Assembly (NCBI GenBank): GCA_977016875.1
Contig: CDRNST010000053.1
Location: 248,001-312,000 of the forward strand
Reading direction: 5' to 3'
Length of the DNA stretch: 64,000 nucleotides
From: Pavona decussata
Lineage: Eukaryota
The translations under genes and the position numbers were made by a program. The notes under the pieces were generated by a model. The model did not search any database and had not been told where the DNA came from. It saw only the letters and a program-made list of their open reading frames with translations. Shown here piece after piece: positions 27,401-39,400 of this stretch. The stretch's first letter is position 1. Every line of letters starts with the position of its first letter.

Positions 27401-30400
27401 CATGCCCGCACCTACCGATGAAGCGGGTGTAAATCGTGTTTGTGACATGGTACAGTACGCTTGAACCAATCCGTGTTCTAACACGGAAGGACAGTCCATT
27501 TGTGTGGTTCATGGAATGTGAAAATGCTTTTGACATCCTAAAGAAAAACCCTTCTGGATCACCATGTCTGGCCTATTTTGATGTTTCAAAAGAAGTTGTT
27601 ATTCAAATGGACAGTAGCAAACATGGGATTGGTGCTGTGCCTCTTCAAGAAGATCGTCCCATAGAGTACGCATCGCGAGCACTGACACCGTCTGAGAGAA
27701 ACTGGGCGCAGATCGAAAAGGAGGCATTGTCTGTTTTGTATGGCCTTGAGAGGTTTGACCAGTACACGTATGGCCGATCTGTAAAAGTTGAGAATGATCA
27801 CAAACCTCTTGCTGCCATATACGAAAGCCTTTGAACCAAGCACTCAAGCGTCTTCAGTACATTATGATGCGGTATCACAGGTACGATGTCCATTTTGTAT
27901 TTGTCAAGGTTACCGACTTACTCATTGCTGACGCACTGAGTAGAGCTCACCAAGATGATAGTGGGAATGACCAAGATGACCGTACTCGAATCATGAATAT
28001 CCATGTGTTTGGTGACATCTCAGACAAGCGACTTGATGAGATATGCAAAGCAACCTCGTGTCATTTTAGTCTGCAGGCTGTGATGAAGTTAGTGTTGGAA
28101 GGATGGCCAGCAGACAAGCGTCGTACCCCTGTGGGGGGCGTTGCCATATTTTGATTTACGAGACTGTCTAAGTGTTGTGAATGGAATTCGGATTAAAAGA
28201 GAAGCAGTTGTGGTTCCCATGCAGCCATTATTAAAAACTTTATTAACAACAAGGTAGCACAGAAAAACTACAGAATACAAAGCACTTTAATAAAGCGCTT
28301 AAATAAAGAACACAAGCATCTGCGTACAATGGGGTAACAATAAATTACAATGATACGTTATTGTAAAAAAAAAAAAAACAACAACAACAACAACAAAAGC
28401 AAAACAAAAGCAAAAACAAAAACTACATTACAAAACTAAGCTATCAAAGTCTATAGTAAGGGTGCCCAAGAGATTTCAAAATTATGAAGCGATTTGCTCG
28501 CTGTGGCTATTATACATAGAACGCCTGGTTTGTTTTTCAGGCGTTAAAAAAAAAAACGTTCAAAGCTCAACCTGTCATTGCAGATACTCGTTGCGAAAAT
28601 ATGATATTTGGCGATAAGAAGAATATAATTGAGCACTCTGTTATTATTTGCTTTTTGGTGCTAGCCGAATAAAATCACGTCTTCGGATAAAATTCTGATT
28701 GAAGACTCTTTGAGGTTGAAACGTTGACGCCATGTAACATCCTGTTGGCGCGGCAGGCAAACCTGACGATAATCGGCCTGGGTTTGACGTTGCTTGATCT
28801 CTTTTTCTTCCCGAGGCTGTGGGCTCCACAGAAAATAGCGGCATTGACTTTTCTTTGGTCCATCTTGAATTTCGAGACCATAGTGTGTTTCACGAACTCT
28901 GAGCAGCATTCTTCCACGGTTTCTGGAATACCGTGAAAGATGAGGTTCCAGCGTCTACTGTAAACATTTCGCCTGACATCTCTATTCTTTCATTTGCTTC
29001 CTCCTGCTGTTTCTGTGTAAATTCAAGCGAGACTTTTAGGGCCTCTACCTCGGATTAGAGCGATTTAATCTCGACACGAGCTTCGTCGAGTTATGTTTGT
29101 AGATTTCCTAATTGTTTTCCTTTGGCTTCGCCTTTTGCTTGTAATGTTCTAATCAGGTCAAAAAGCTCCAGATACAACTCATCTGCTGCGTGGACGCCAT
29201 GTTGCTCTTCTTTGGTAGAGTTTGGTTTAACTCGTTTGGCGCTGTCGTTCCGTTTCTTTGGGCTCTTCCCCATAGCTCTTTAGAGATCGGTAAAACTAAG
29301 TACGTATTCAACGTTGGGAACAAATTCTAAGTGACACTGGGATGTATTGAACTGCTAAGCTCGTGGTAGTATGTTGCGTCGAGCCAGAGGAACAGTGTAT
29401 TGGCTCAACATGGCCTCTGACATCAAGCAATTAGCCGACATGTGTGAAACATGCCAGGAAATGAAACCGCGAAATTCACCAGAACCACTCAAGCAGCACA
29501 GTGATGGCGACGAACCATGGCAAAAGTTCGGTCTTGATTTGTTTGCAATTGCTGAGAAGCACTATTTGGTAGTGGTACATTACTACTCAAAATTCTTCGA
29601 GATTGATTCACTCACAGCGATGACGAGTGTACGTATTGTGACATTGCTCAAGAAACATTGTGCTCGTTATGGCATACCGAGAATTATTGTGTCGGATGGG
29701 GGTCCGCAGTTTACCAGTCAGGAATTTAATTCATTTGTGGAGGACTGGGGTATAACTCATGTTACCTCATCACCAATGCCTTAGAGAGCCAATGGCAAAG
29801 CAGAATCTTCCATTAAAATCATGAATTCTCTTCTCGTGAAAACTCGTAAAGAAGGAGGAGATCCTTATGAAGGGATGTTAGAGCAAAGAAACACCCCTCG
29901 TCAAGACACTGGTCTTAGTCCAGCAGAAATGATGTTCAACAGAAGAACGCGTAGTTTTCTGCCTACCATCAGCGGTAGCCCAAAGGACCCCCTTGTGAAA
30001 GAGAAGCAGGAGGCACACAAGCGTAGTGTTAAGAACGCTCATGACCGGAAGTCCCGAAGGCTCTCAGAAATAGATGTGGGACAGTCAGTGATTTTCCAAC
30101 ACACTGAAGGGCAGAACTGGAAATTAGGCAAAGTCACTGACATTCTGGGTCCTTACACTTATCTAGTCAGTGGTCCAATGGAGGAACGTACAGAAGAAAT
30201 CGCGTGCATATGAGGCCTGCCAGCATTACACCAAAGGCCCTAGGCCTGTTTCCTGTCGTTCTGCCTCGTGTTCTTGATGTGACACCACCCACAGACCCTC
30301 CAGTAGTAAACAACCAGTCGTGCAGTGTGAACGAGAGAAATCCACCTACTGACAGTGCTGGATGGTCACTAAGTGAAAACCGACCAAGGCGCGAAATAAA

Positions 30401-33400
30401 ACCGCCAATCCGTTTCAAAGATTACCTAACCAAATAGAGACTACAAGTCGGAAGGATTGTTTTACCCTGGCATTGTTTATTTGTTCATCAGTACAGTAGA
30501 CATGGCATTCCAATAAGACTTTTGAGCGTTTGTATTTTTTAGTGTTTGAAAGTTTATTGTTAGCTGTTGGTTGTAGATTTACAATTTTTTTTCTTAAACA
30601 AGGAAGGATGTTGATATGTTAGCGAGACTACGAGTACGCCCGCATCGCATGCCTACATGTCGTAATCAGCCATGACACTCTGCGGCCTTAGTTCGACCAT
30701 GTGCTCGGTGTAAGATGGCGAACGTTGTTTATTAAGTTGTTTGTTGTGTTCACTCCTCGCCTCCTAATTTCCCTTTTTTCGAAGTTAAATCAACAGTCAC
30801 GACTGTTAAAGAGGCGAACTTTTACATCTAAAGGAGACAACGCCTCGTGGCACATGGATGGCTAGTATCTTTTTTCGCTGAAGTAGGAAATGATTAATAG
30901 GCCATTTTATAACTGTGGGCTCAGAGACCTACCAGTAGCTTCTGAATGACAACAAGGCTGGAAGTGATGTTGTTATGATAGCTGCTTTTCTCATGTTAAC
31001 CACTTTGTTCCTATGTTTAATAAGTAGTTTGCATTTACATGAGAAACAAGAGTGGTTTGTGTCGAAACGAGGTCACCTCGAGCCTTACTGCCATTTATAG
31101 GCCAGATTACTGAATACACAACTGTAAAATGGTTGTTAAGGCCGAGGGTAATACCTACCTGGTGGTCTACGCCTACTATATGTAAGACAAGCTGAAATAT
31201 GCAATTTCGTATGGTGTACCGTAGTTGGCATGGTGTCAAATTGTCAGTCTAGATTACAGGTTTCTTTTGTTTTGGTTTTTGTTGTTTTGTTTCTTGCTTG
31301 TTTTTTATATAGACAACTTCTCAATAATTATTATTACCAATTCATATTTTTACAGGGTCATTGTTAGAGTGGACTACTTCTAACCACAAAATCCTGCGCT
31401 AAATCCAACCACAGCACCATGGATGAGGACCCCTTCCGGTCTAAGCTTATGATAAGCTTAAACCGTATGGGTTCCCCATCCATAGTGCTGTGGATGGATT
31501 TAGCGCAGGATTTTGTGGTTAGAAGTAGTCCACTCCAACAATGACCCAAAAGTACCAGCAACCTTCTACTTAAACCAGGTGAAGGAACTTGGTGGATGCC
31601 CCTTGCTGGTTGTGTCTGATTGTGGTACAGAAAATGGAATTGCTGCTGCCATGCAGTGAAATTTTCGTATTGAAGATAGGATAAACTGGCTGGTGAGAAA
31701 TCGCACGGCTATTGCTCATCTCCAGCTAATCAACGCATTGAAGGTTGGTGGTCCTTTTTCAGAAGAAACAGGTAGAATTGGTGGATCAGCCTGTTCAAGA
31801 ACATGGTAGATTATGGGCTCCTTCATTTAGGAAATACACTTTCTATGGAGTGTTATGGTTTAGTTCTTCAAGGCTACTTCAAGACGACCTGAAGAAAGAC
31901 AGGGATCACTGGAACAGTCACAAGATTTCCAAGTCTACGTACAGTGCTATAGATGGGGTACCAGATGTTATGTTTTTCTTTCTGAATATTATGCACATGA
32001 GGAATGTAAAATTTCTGTATCTGAAGAAAAGACGAAGGAGATGGAAGTACACTGCCTAAGAGAGGTGGAGGACAGTCTGTATGAAAAGTATTTTGAATAT
32101 GTTTTGAAAACTGAGGGCTGGGTTTATCCTGGTACTGCAAAGGAGGCTCCATCTCTATATCAGCACATAATTAAATTGCAGAATGAATAACATGGTGTAA
32201 CATGTTGCTTTTCCGTCCAGTAAATTTTAAAACTTTGCTCCTAGTTTGATGGTATCAAACTTTATGTTAGCAGTGATATTAACCGGTTCTTGTTGACACT
32301 GAAGAATCAAATTACACTTACACAATTCTCACAGAAATTTTTATTCATTGAGGTAACAGTAGCCAAACAAGTAAGTCATATTGCAATGTTTCACCACAAA
32401 TTCATGATCTAAAATACTTCTATCACTACAATGTCAAACAACTGATTGACGCTATTGGTTCAAAATACAAAATAGTGCTAATGCTGAAATAAATGGCTTG
32501 TTGCAAACACACAAGAGAGGTTGACCAAGTCAAAGTTTGTCTCAGCTCAGTCACTGCATCAGTTTTGTAAAATCCTCTTCGTGTCCTTTCAGATTATCAT
32601 TATATCTCTTGTGCATTTTAACTAAGCCTTTTTTAGTCACGTTAAGCCCATGTAATATAAACATGCTTCACAAAATTTCCTCAATCATTCATAGATGCTG
32701 GCAAAAAAATTAGAGAACTCTGTAAACATGTCTAATCTTTAAGTAACTGAGTAAAATTGGTAAACATATCTTAGGAATACACCTAAGGGCAGTTTCATCA
32801 CATGCAAGGCCAAAGAAGTTACAAATACATTATGCATTATGCATTATGTAACGAATCTCTCAACTTAGCATACTACACGTACAGCATATTCATCTGTGTC
32901 TGTTCAAAATGCAGGCACTAGCCTGTACTATCTCCTGGTGGGAAAGTTCAGACAGAATTTGCACGATGTTTTCATTTGTAGGGGACAGAAAACACTTATA
33001 ACTAAACAAAAAATCTAAAACATCATCATCATTATCACGCAGGTATATAACAATGGCCCAAAGCACAACAAACAGCTCATTCAATTGTTTTCTGATTTTG
33101 ATGGCTGGACTGCGCAATATTTAGCTTACGTTCCCTGCAGTGTGGTAAATACACACTCGTAGCATCCAAAAGTTGAAAAAAAAAAACGTTATTTTTTGTA
33201 CTCCAATATAGATATAGCAAAGTAAAACCTAAACCAGACGATAAATCTTTGTTGAACTTCACCATCTTTTCGCTTCCTTTCTGAAGAAGCTTTGCAGCAG
33301 CTATTGTTGGCGTAACTTTGAGCGGTAACGTCGACCCTCAAACCACCTTCAGTTCTCCATCTTTCAATCGTATCAGAACAATCTGAATCGTAACTTCATT

Positions 33401-36400
33401 AACTTTCTCACTCTTCTCTTTCTTCTCTTTCTTCCCACCAAATCTTGATATTCGTTCTTGTCCTTTTCAATCTCTGTACTCATCAAATGTAAGGGCAGAG
33501 CAAGGGCGCTTCCTTGCGCCTTCCAGCACACCAAGAGTTGGGCTATCTTCGTGTTTTCTTTTTTATCTGCATGGTTTCTTTTTCGTTTGCGTAGTTTCTT
33601 TTCAATTTTTGTCGTTTCTTTTTTTCTGCATGTGTCGTCTTTACTTACATGGTTCTCTTTTCATTGTCGTGTTTTCCTTTTTTATTTGCGTGCTTTCTTT
33701 TGTGTTTGCAGTGTGTTCCTTGTAGGCCACCGTAATATTTGTTAGAAATGGGTGTAAATGAAATTTGCTTGTAGATTGCAAGAGTCATTGGCTAAATTTA
33801 AAAAATGGAAAAACCAGATATTTTCTCTGAGGAACACTTTTCGAAGGCTATGTTGGAAATTATTATCTACAATTTTCCAGAAATTTGAGGAAAAGAAGAA
33901 AAAGCAGAATTTTGAAATGGGCATTAATTGACGTAAAATATGCAAAAATACCTCTCACAATAACTCATGAAATAATTCATGCAGAGAAAAACAAAGGTTA
34001 TCAGTACCGTGAAGCATTTTGTACATTTCGTAAAATTTTTTAAGTATTTTGTGCCTAATTAGGCTACTCAGAACAAATCATATATTTAATTAGTATTTTT
34101 GTGTCGGATCGCTGAAGAAAGGATTTCTCTGTAGCATGACAGCCATAAGTATTAAGAGCAGCTTCCTGTAACTATTAACTATACCCATGCAAGTAAGGAA
34201 AAATTCGATTTTCTCAAATACTGCCATAATAAAGGGCTTTGCTAACTTGTTACAAAAATTGAATTTTGAAGTTGTTTGGATTTTTATTTTCTTGTTGAGG
34301 CGAGGTTTAGTAATTTCCCCTCACAGCGTCCAAAATCGGTCCTGAAATTACACTTTTATCGAAGGTTAGCAAACCAAAACGGAAACCGTACCAGGAGAAA
34401 CTGATGCATTCCATTAAAATATCATCCTTCATCGGCGATTTAGAGCTGTTAGGTCTCAATGAATTTCGATCCTGAATTTCTTATCGAATTTCCAAAATAA
34501 TGCCTCGCGGAAGTATTGCGTGACGTTCAATTTTGGCCAGATTCGTGGGCAAAAAAATCGATCTGGTACATGGATTTACCTATCAAAACTATTATTACCG
34601 CCAAAAGTATCATTTTATCTTAGCTTTTACCGAAAATGTGGCTTGGGTAAATGAGACGGCAAATAATTGTGAGAGCGCGTTGAAAACAAGACACTCACGC
34701 TAAATGATTGACATGTTGACCCGCCATGTTGCGAGTATTATCACGGTTAATTTACATAAAAAAGTTCGCCTCTGTGTTAAATGTACGTAAAAAGTCTTTT
34801 GTGTTCCTCAAATATCTGAGCGTTTTATCACCTCCCATATATAAGTCATTACTATAGGAAAACGACCATTTTTGTTGCCAGATTTAGCGGTTTTATTTTG
34901 AATTTATACTTATACGATCCGAGACGCAATCTGTTTATAACTCAATATCGTCAAAAGTTTTCAAAAAACCTTGTGTGACATATATGAAATTATATGAAAT
35001 TATGAGATCTGGAATTACTTCTTACCGTTATCTCGGGAAATTGTAGCATTACTGGATAAACAATCGCATTTACAAGACTTTCATACAGTAAATAAACTGT
35101 CACACGTCATTCAGGTTACCTTGTGAAGACAGGATATCCAATACCGATTGGCCGCTAAGCGCTACTATCCTGCTTCTTTGTTGTTTTTGTTTCCAAATTG
35201 TTTTATGCTTGAGTCTTTCTGTCCTTTAGTTTTATTTTTAAACTAAGAATGTTAAATAAACGCAAGTTTTTAAGAAGATCGCTCACTGCGAAGTGTTACT
35301 CGTGTTATGCTGACAAGGCCATTCGCACAGGCCATGCATTGTACTAGTCATGGTCATCACTTGTACCAATCTTACTGTTCATTTCTAGTAGAATTTCGCA
35401 ATTCCGCATCCTGCTATTGCCCTAGTGCTTACGGTCAGTTGCTTAGTGAAACACGTTAAAATATCCAAATTTAAGCTGTCTAGCTGTCGAGTCGCGCCTG
35501 TTACTCGATAAGTGCATTGTAATAAATTACAATTCATGGCTTTGTGTGGATCTGCCAAACTTGTTGGAGGCGTTTGTGGATGCATTTTTCGATAGTCTTT
35601 CAACTGAAGATTCGTGGTGAAGTGAAACTCATACTCGCTTGAGTAGGTAAGAAACAATGTTGACATATTGTAGTTTCCTGGACAAATGTACAGACAACTT
35701 CTCTCTCCTCCTACACTCAAAATATATATAGCGCACCCTTCAAGACAAGAGGTATGAGTGGGAGCAAGTATACCAGTTTTCCACTCTTCCGGACATTATG
35801 CCGGGCTTTTTCGCTTTTACAGAGAGACTTTACCAGCCAGAACTCTAAGTGGAGCCTGCCTGGCTATCATGGCCATGTTTTCCAAATTTTCTTGTTGATG
35901 GAAAGGATGTTATTAAACTTTTCCACGATTGAAATTCCTTGTCAAGTGTATCTGTCAGTATTTTCCGGATGTCACGCATAAACCGCGACCGACACGCACG
36001 ATTGCACGCCAGTAGAGGGTCTGTTATGCGTGACCTGAAAAGTTTAGGGTAGCTGGGAGTCGGGGGAGGGGCAGTGACAAACCTTGACCCTAACGACATT
36101 TTGTACTTCCCTTAACCTTGGAGGCCTGAATAATAAACTATATCTATAATCGGTCACATTGGTTCTGAAAAACTCTGTAGGTTAGATAAATAAGTACCCA
36201 CCACCCTCAGNNNNNNNNNNNNNNNNNNNNNNNNNNNNNNNNNNNNNNNNNNNNNNNNNNNNNNNNNNNNNNNNNNNNNNNNNNNNNNNNNNNNNNNNNN
36301 NNNNNNNNNNNNNNNNNNNNNNNNNNNNNNNNNNNNNNNNNNNNNNNNNNNNNNNNNNNNNNNNNNNNNNNNNNNNNNNNNAAAATCATTCAATATACAA

Positions 36401-39400
36401 GTCAAGGTAATGGCGGGGAGACCCTCCCTGAATATGCATGCATGGTCGACCAGGTTGTCATTAAAGCTGACTTTACTGCCGTTACTTTATTTTGTTTTTT
36501 CTTTCTTTCTTTCTTATTTTCCTATTTTAGCCTGGGACGTGAAGTGCGGTGTTATCTTATAGGAGTGTTTGATATCGACAAAACTCATCTTGAGCTGACT
36601 ATTTGTCCGAGGCACTGTAACCTGTTTGGGGTCAGATGGCGATCTAACAAAATGAACTCTGCTGCACCGAGTTCATGGGGTTCGCACTTAAGCAGAGAAC
36701 GCGGTATTACTCTGTCCAAGTCGGTCACCATTTTAACGTTTTGAATGTTTCAGAAAAAAATAAAATATAATAAAAAGGATGCTACTTAGCGAAACAGTTG
36801 CAGAGACGCCAAAGTCAGCCCGATGTAGGTAACTGTGTAGCGCTCATTACAGGAGTAATTTCTTTTTGCCATCCTTCGGACGTATAACTGTGGGATCCAA
36901 GCTACTTGAGAATCCTTTTTTGTAGTTTGATATTACTAGAGTCAAACCTCTCAAAATGTCAAGCCCAGGTGGTCTCTTACGAGAGGCCAGACCGGCACAA
37001 GGGGTCTAAATTTTGAACTCATCAGCATAAAGTGACTCCAGAGGTTTAGTAGCCACAATAATGCTTTTCAACTTTTCAAAATTATATTGCCAGTATAATT
37101 TCAGTATCCAAGGTAATTGTTCGCCTCTGATAAATTACCTAATACGGCGAATGGGACAAGTCTATTTCAGAACACCTCCGATTGTGACATTCATGTCCCC
37201 TGAACTACTCAATAATGTACAAGTCATAATGTTACAAAGGCAAATTGTCCAACTCCTGACAGGGGATAGATATGAGGACATTTGTCGCGTATGTGACAAG
37301 TGGTCGCTTACAGGAGTTAAACTGAAACAAAAAAAATCTCTAAAAGTGCTCGCGGTGGTGGTCGCTTAAGAGGGGTTTTAACTATAGTGATTTGACTGGG
37401 GACATTTTGGTATTCTGGAAAAATGATAGCCCAAGAGAGGTGGTCGCTTACTAGGAAGTAGTCGCAAGGGGAGGTTTGACTGTATAAAGGAAAGGCAGGA
37501 GTGTAACATGGGGCAAAGTGCATAAAAAAAAGTGCGATGCCTGTGTCTCGCTGTTACGGTGTAACTAGGCAACAGTTTTAAATTTGAATGAATGTTACGT
37601 GTACGCATCGACTAAATCTGCTAAAATGGTGCAATTATCTCATACAGATAACCTCGACTGAGGTAAGAAGTACTTGAAGATGTTGAGTTAATTTACTATA
37701 TTTATCATAAGTTTTCCTCAAGTTGTTTGTCGACTGAATGATTTATCAACTGATATTATGTTACGTCCATTCCTAGGCTTTGCAGTTTAAAATAACCCTT
37801 ACATAAAACTACGAAAATGGTCATTTTACCTTGATATTGAGTTACACAGACGAATACTGACATGACACAACATTTAATGCACCATCTAACAGTTTTTGGA
37901 TAACCTTTTGCGATAGTGCTCGCGGCGTCAGGAAGGTCAAAACTAACTAGCTTGAGCACTTTGGTTTGAAGACTGAAGACGCTCGCAGAATTTGTCATTT
38001 CATTTCCCAAGCTAGTTCCTCGATAAAAGCTAAGAAAAATGATACTTTTGGTTGGAATAATAGCTTCGATAGCCAAACCCATGTATTACCCAAGTTTTTG
38101 AGAAATGTTTGTCAGTTTATGTAACCTGATATCTGGTTGTGGCATTGTGTAAACAAATCAAAATGAAACCACTACACTTACAATTGGCAAAAATGCCGTT
38201 TCGCACTGGTATTGAGTTACATGTGAGATATGATATATCGCTCGGATATTTGAGGGAAACAAAAGACTTTTTACGTACATTTAACACAGAGTCGAACTTT
38301 TTTATGTAAATTAACCGTGATAATACTCACAACATGGCGGGTCAACATGTCAATCAATTAGCGTTACTGTCTTGTTTTCAACACGCTCTCACAATTTGCC
38401 GTTTCATTTACCCAAGCTACATTTTCAGTAAAAGCTAAGATAAAATGATACTTTTGGCGGTAATAATAGTTTTGATAGGTAAATCCATGTACCAGATCGA
38501 TTTTTTTGCCCACGAATCTGGCCAAAATTGAACGTCACGCAATACTTCCGCGAGGCATTATTTTGGAAATTCGATAAGAAATTCAGGATCGAAATTCATT
38601 GAGACCTAACAGCTCTAAAACGCCGATGAAGGATGATATTTTAATGGCATGCATCAGTTTCTCCTGGTACGGTTTCCGTTTTGGTTTGCTAACCTTCGAT
38701 AAAAGTGTAATTTCAGGACCGATTTTGGACGCTATGAGAGGAAATTACTAAACCTCGCCTCAACAAGAAAATAAAAATCCAAACAACTTCAAAGTTCAAT
38801 ATTTGTAACAAGTTGGCAAAGGCCTTTATTATTGCAGAGTTTGAGAAAAATCGAATTTTTCCATCGATCTTGCATGGGTATAGTTGATGGTTACAGCAAG
38901 CTGCCCTTTAAACATGAAGAAACTTCTTCGTAATGTCTTAATACAGCTTGAAATTGGTTAAATTTTATTGTTTTTAACAAGTTTATGCCCATGAATAGCA
39001 AGAAGAACTGGACAAACGGAGGATAAGTTGCAAATTTTGGCAACGTTATATTTAATAACTATTTTGTGTGCTGTGTACATCAGCTCCCTTTTTTGCAAAC
39101 ACCCTCGGGACCGCGAGTTTGTGTCCTTAATAGCGAGAGTTTATAATAAAGGGAATTTATTTCAGTCAAACGTCTGTACTTTATCTTTGCCGGAGATTTA
39201 GCTGCTGTCGTATTATCGGGATGTCCGTAATAGCAGGCATCACCCAAATAATGTTCGCCGCTCAATACTTTGTCATCCGATACGACGCCATTGCGTCAAC
39301 TTGCTTGTTTATTAGTTTTCCTACGCAATTTCTGTAAATGCTGGGGTAACTTGTATTATTTACGGCAGATCTATTAAGAAGTCTTCAGTAGGAGGACCGC

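Larger units (their letters stand above)
24620..30437 (+). pseudogene. Gypsy gag-pol, fragmented
   Basis: GNLSENYKRWKRQ (gag), KLDVREAYWHV/TPFGRYRW (RT), DSSKHGIG..YASRAL..IEKE..DHKPL (RNase H), VYW..CETCQ, GLDLF, VSDGGPQF, NGKAE (integrase). Confidence 0.93.
24401..30795 (+). mobile_element. Decayed Ty3/Gypsy LTR retrotransposon
   Basis: LTRs 24401-24589 and 30609-30795 (TGTTGA...TCAACA, ~93% identical by eye); TSD GTCAC at 24396-400 and 30796-800; tRNA-Leu-like PBS tggcggcagcggtaggatt; PPT aaggaagga. Confidence 0.95.
24070..32190 (+). pseudogene. IS3EU integrase-like DDE transposase remnant, interrupted by Gypsy and an intron (approximate start)
   Basis: SVRTLKRRL...GYRSIW...ERRS|RLLKRRTFTSKG..WHMDG / YDKLKPYGFPIHSAVDGFS..ILWLEV..SNNDP..GGCP..SDCGTENG..SSPANQRIEGWWS..HWNSHKI. 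Confidence 0.85.
23487..33734. mobile_element. IS3EU-type DNA transposon, decayed, with nested Gypsy
   Basis: TIRs tacgatagcctacaaggga... and ...ttccttgtaggccaccgta with A-rich subterminal repeats; 6-bp TSD ATATTT at 23481-86 and 33735-40; two convergent gene remnants. Confidence 0.85.
34156..38906. mobile_element. Second Sola3-type long-TIR DNA transposon (spans the assembly gap)
   Basis: ~730-bp TIRs, ttaa-GAGCAGC at left and GCTGCCC-ttta at right; putative transposase remnant GVFDIDKTHLELTICPRH..FGVRWRS at ~36560-36740. Confidence 0.78.

Noticed and set aside
31355-31547. MITE interpretation of the 193-bp palindrome
   Set aside because: The right arm is transposase coding sequence and there is no TSD.
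36154-36405. ORFs spanning the N run
   Set aside because: Gap artefacts.
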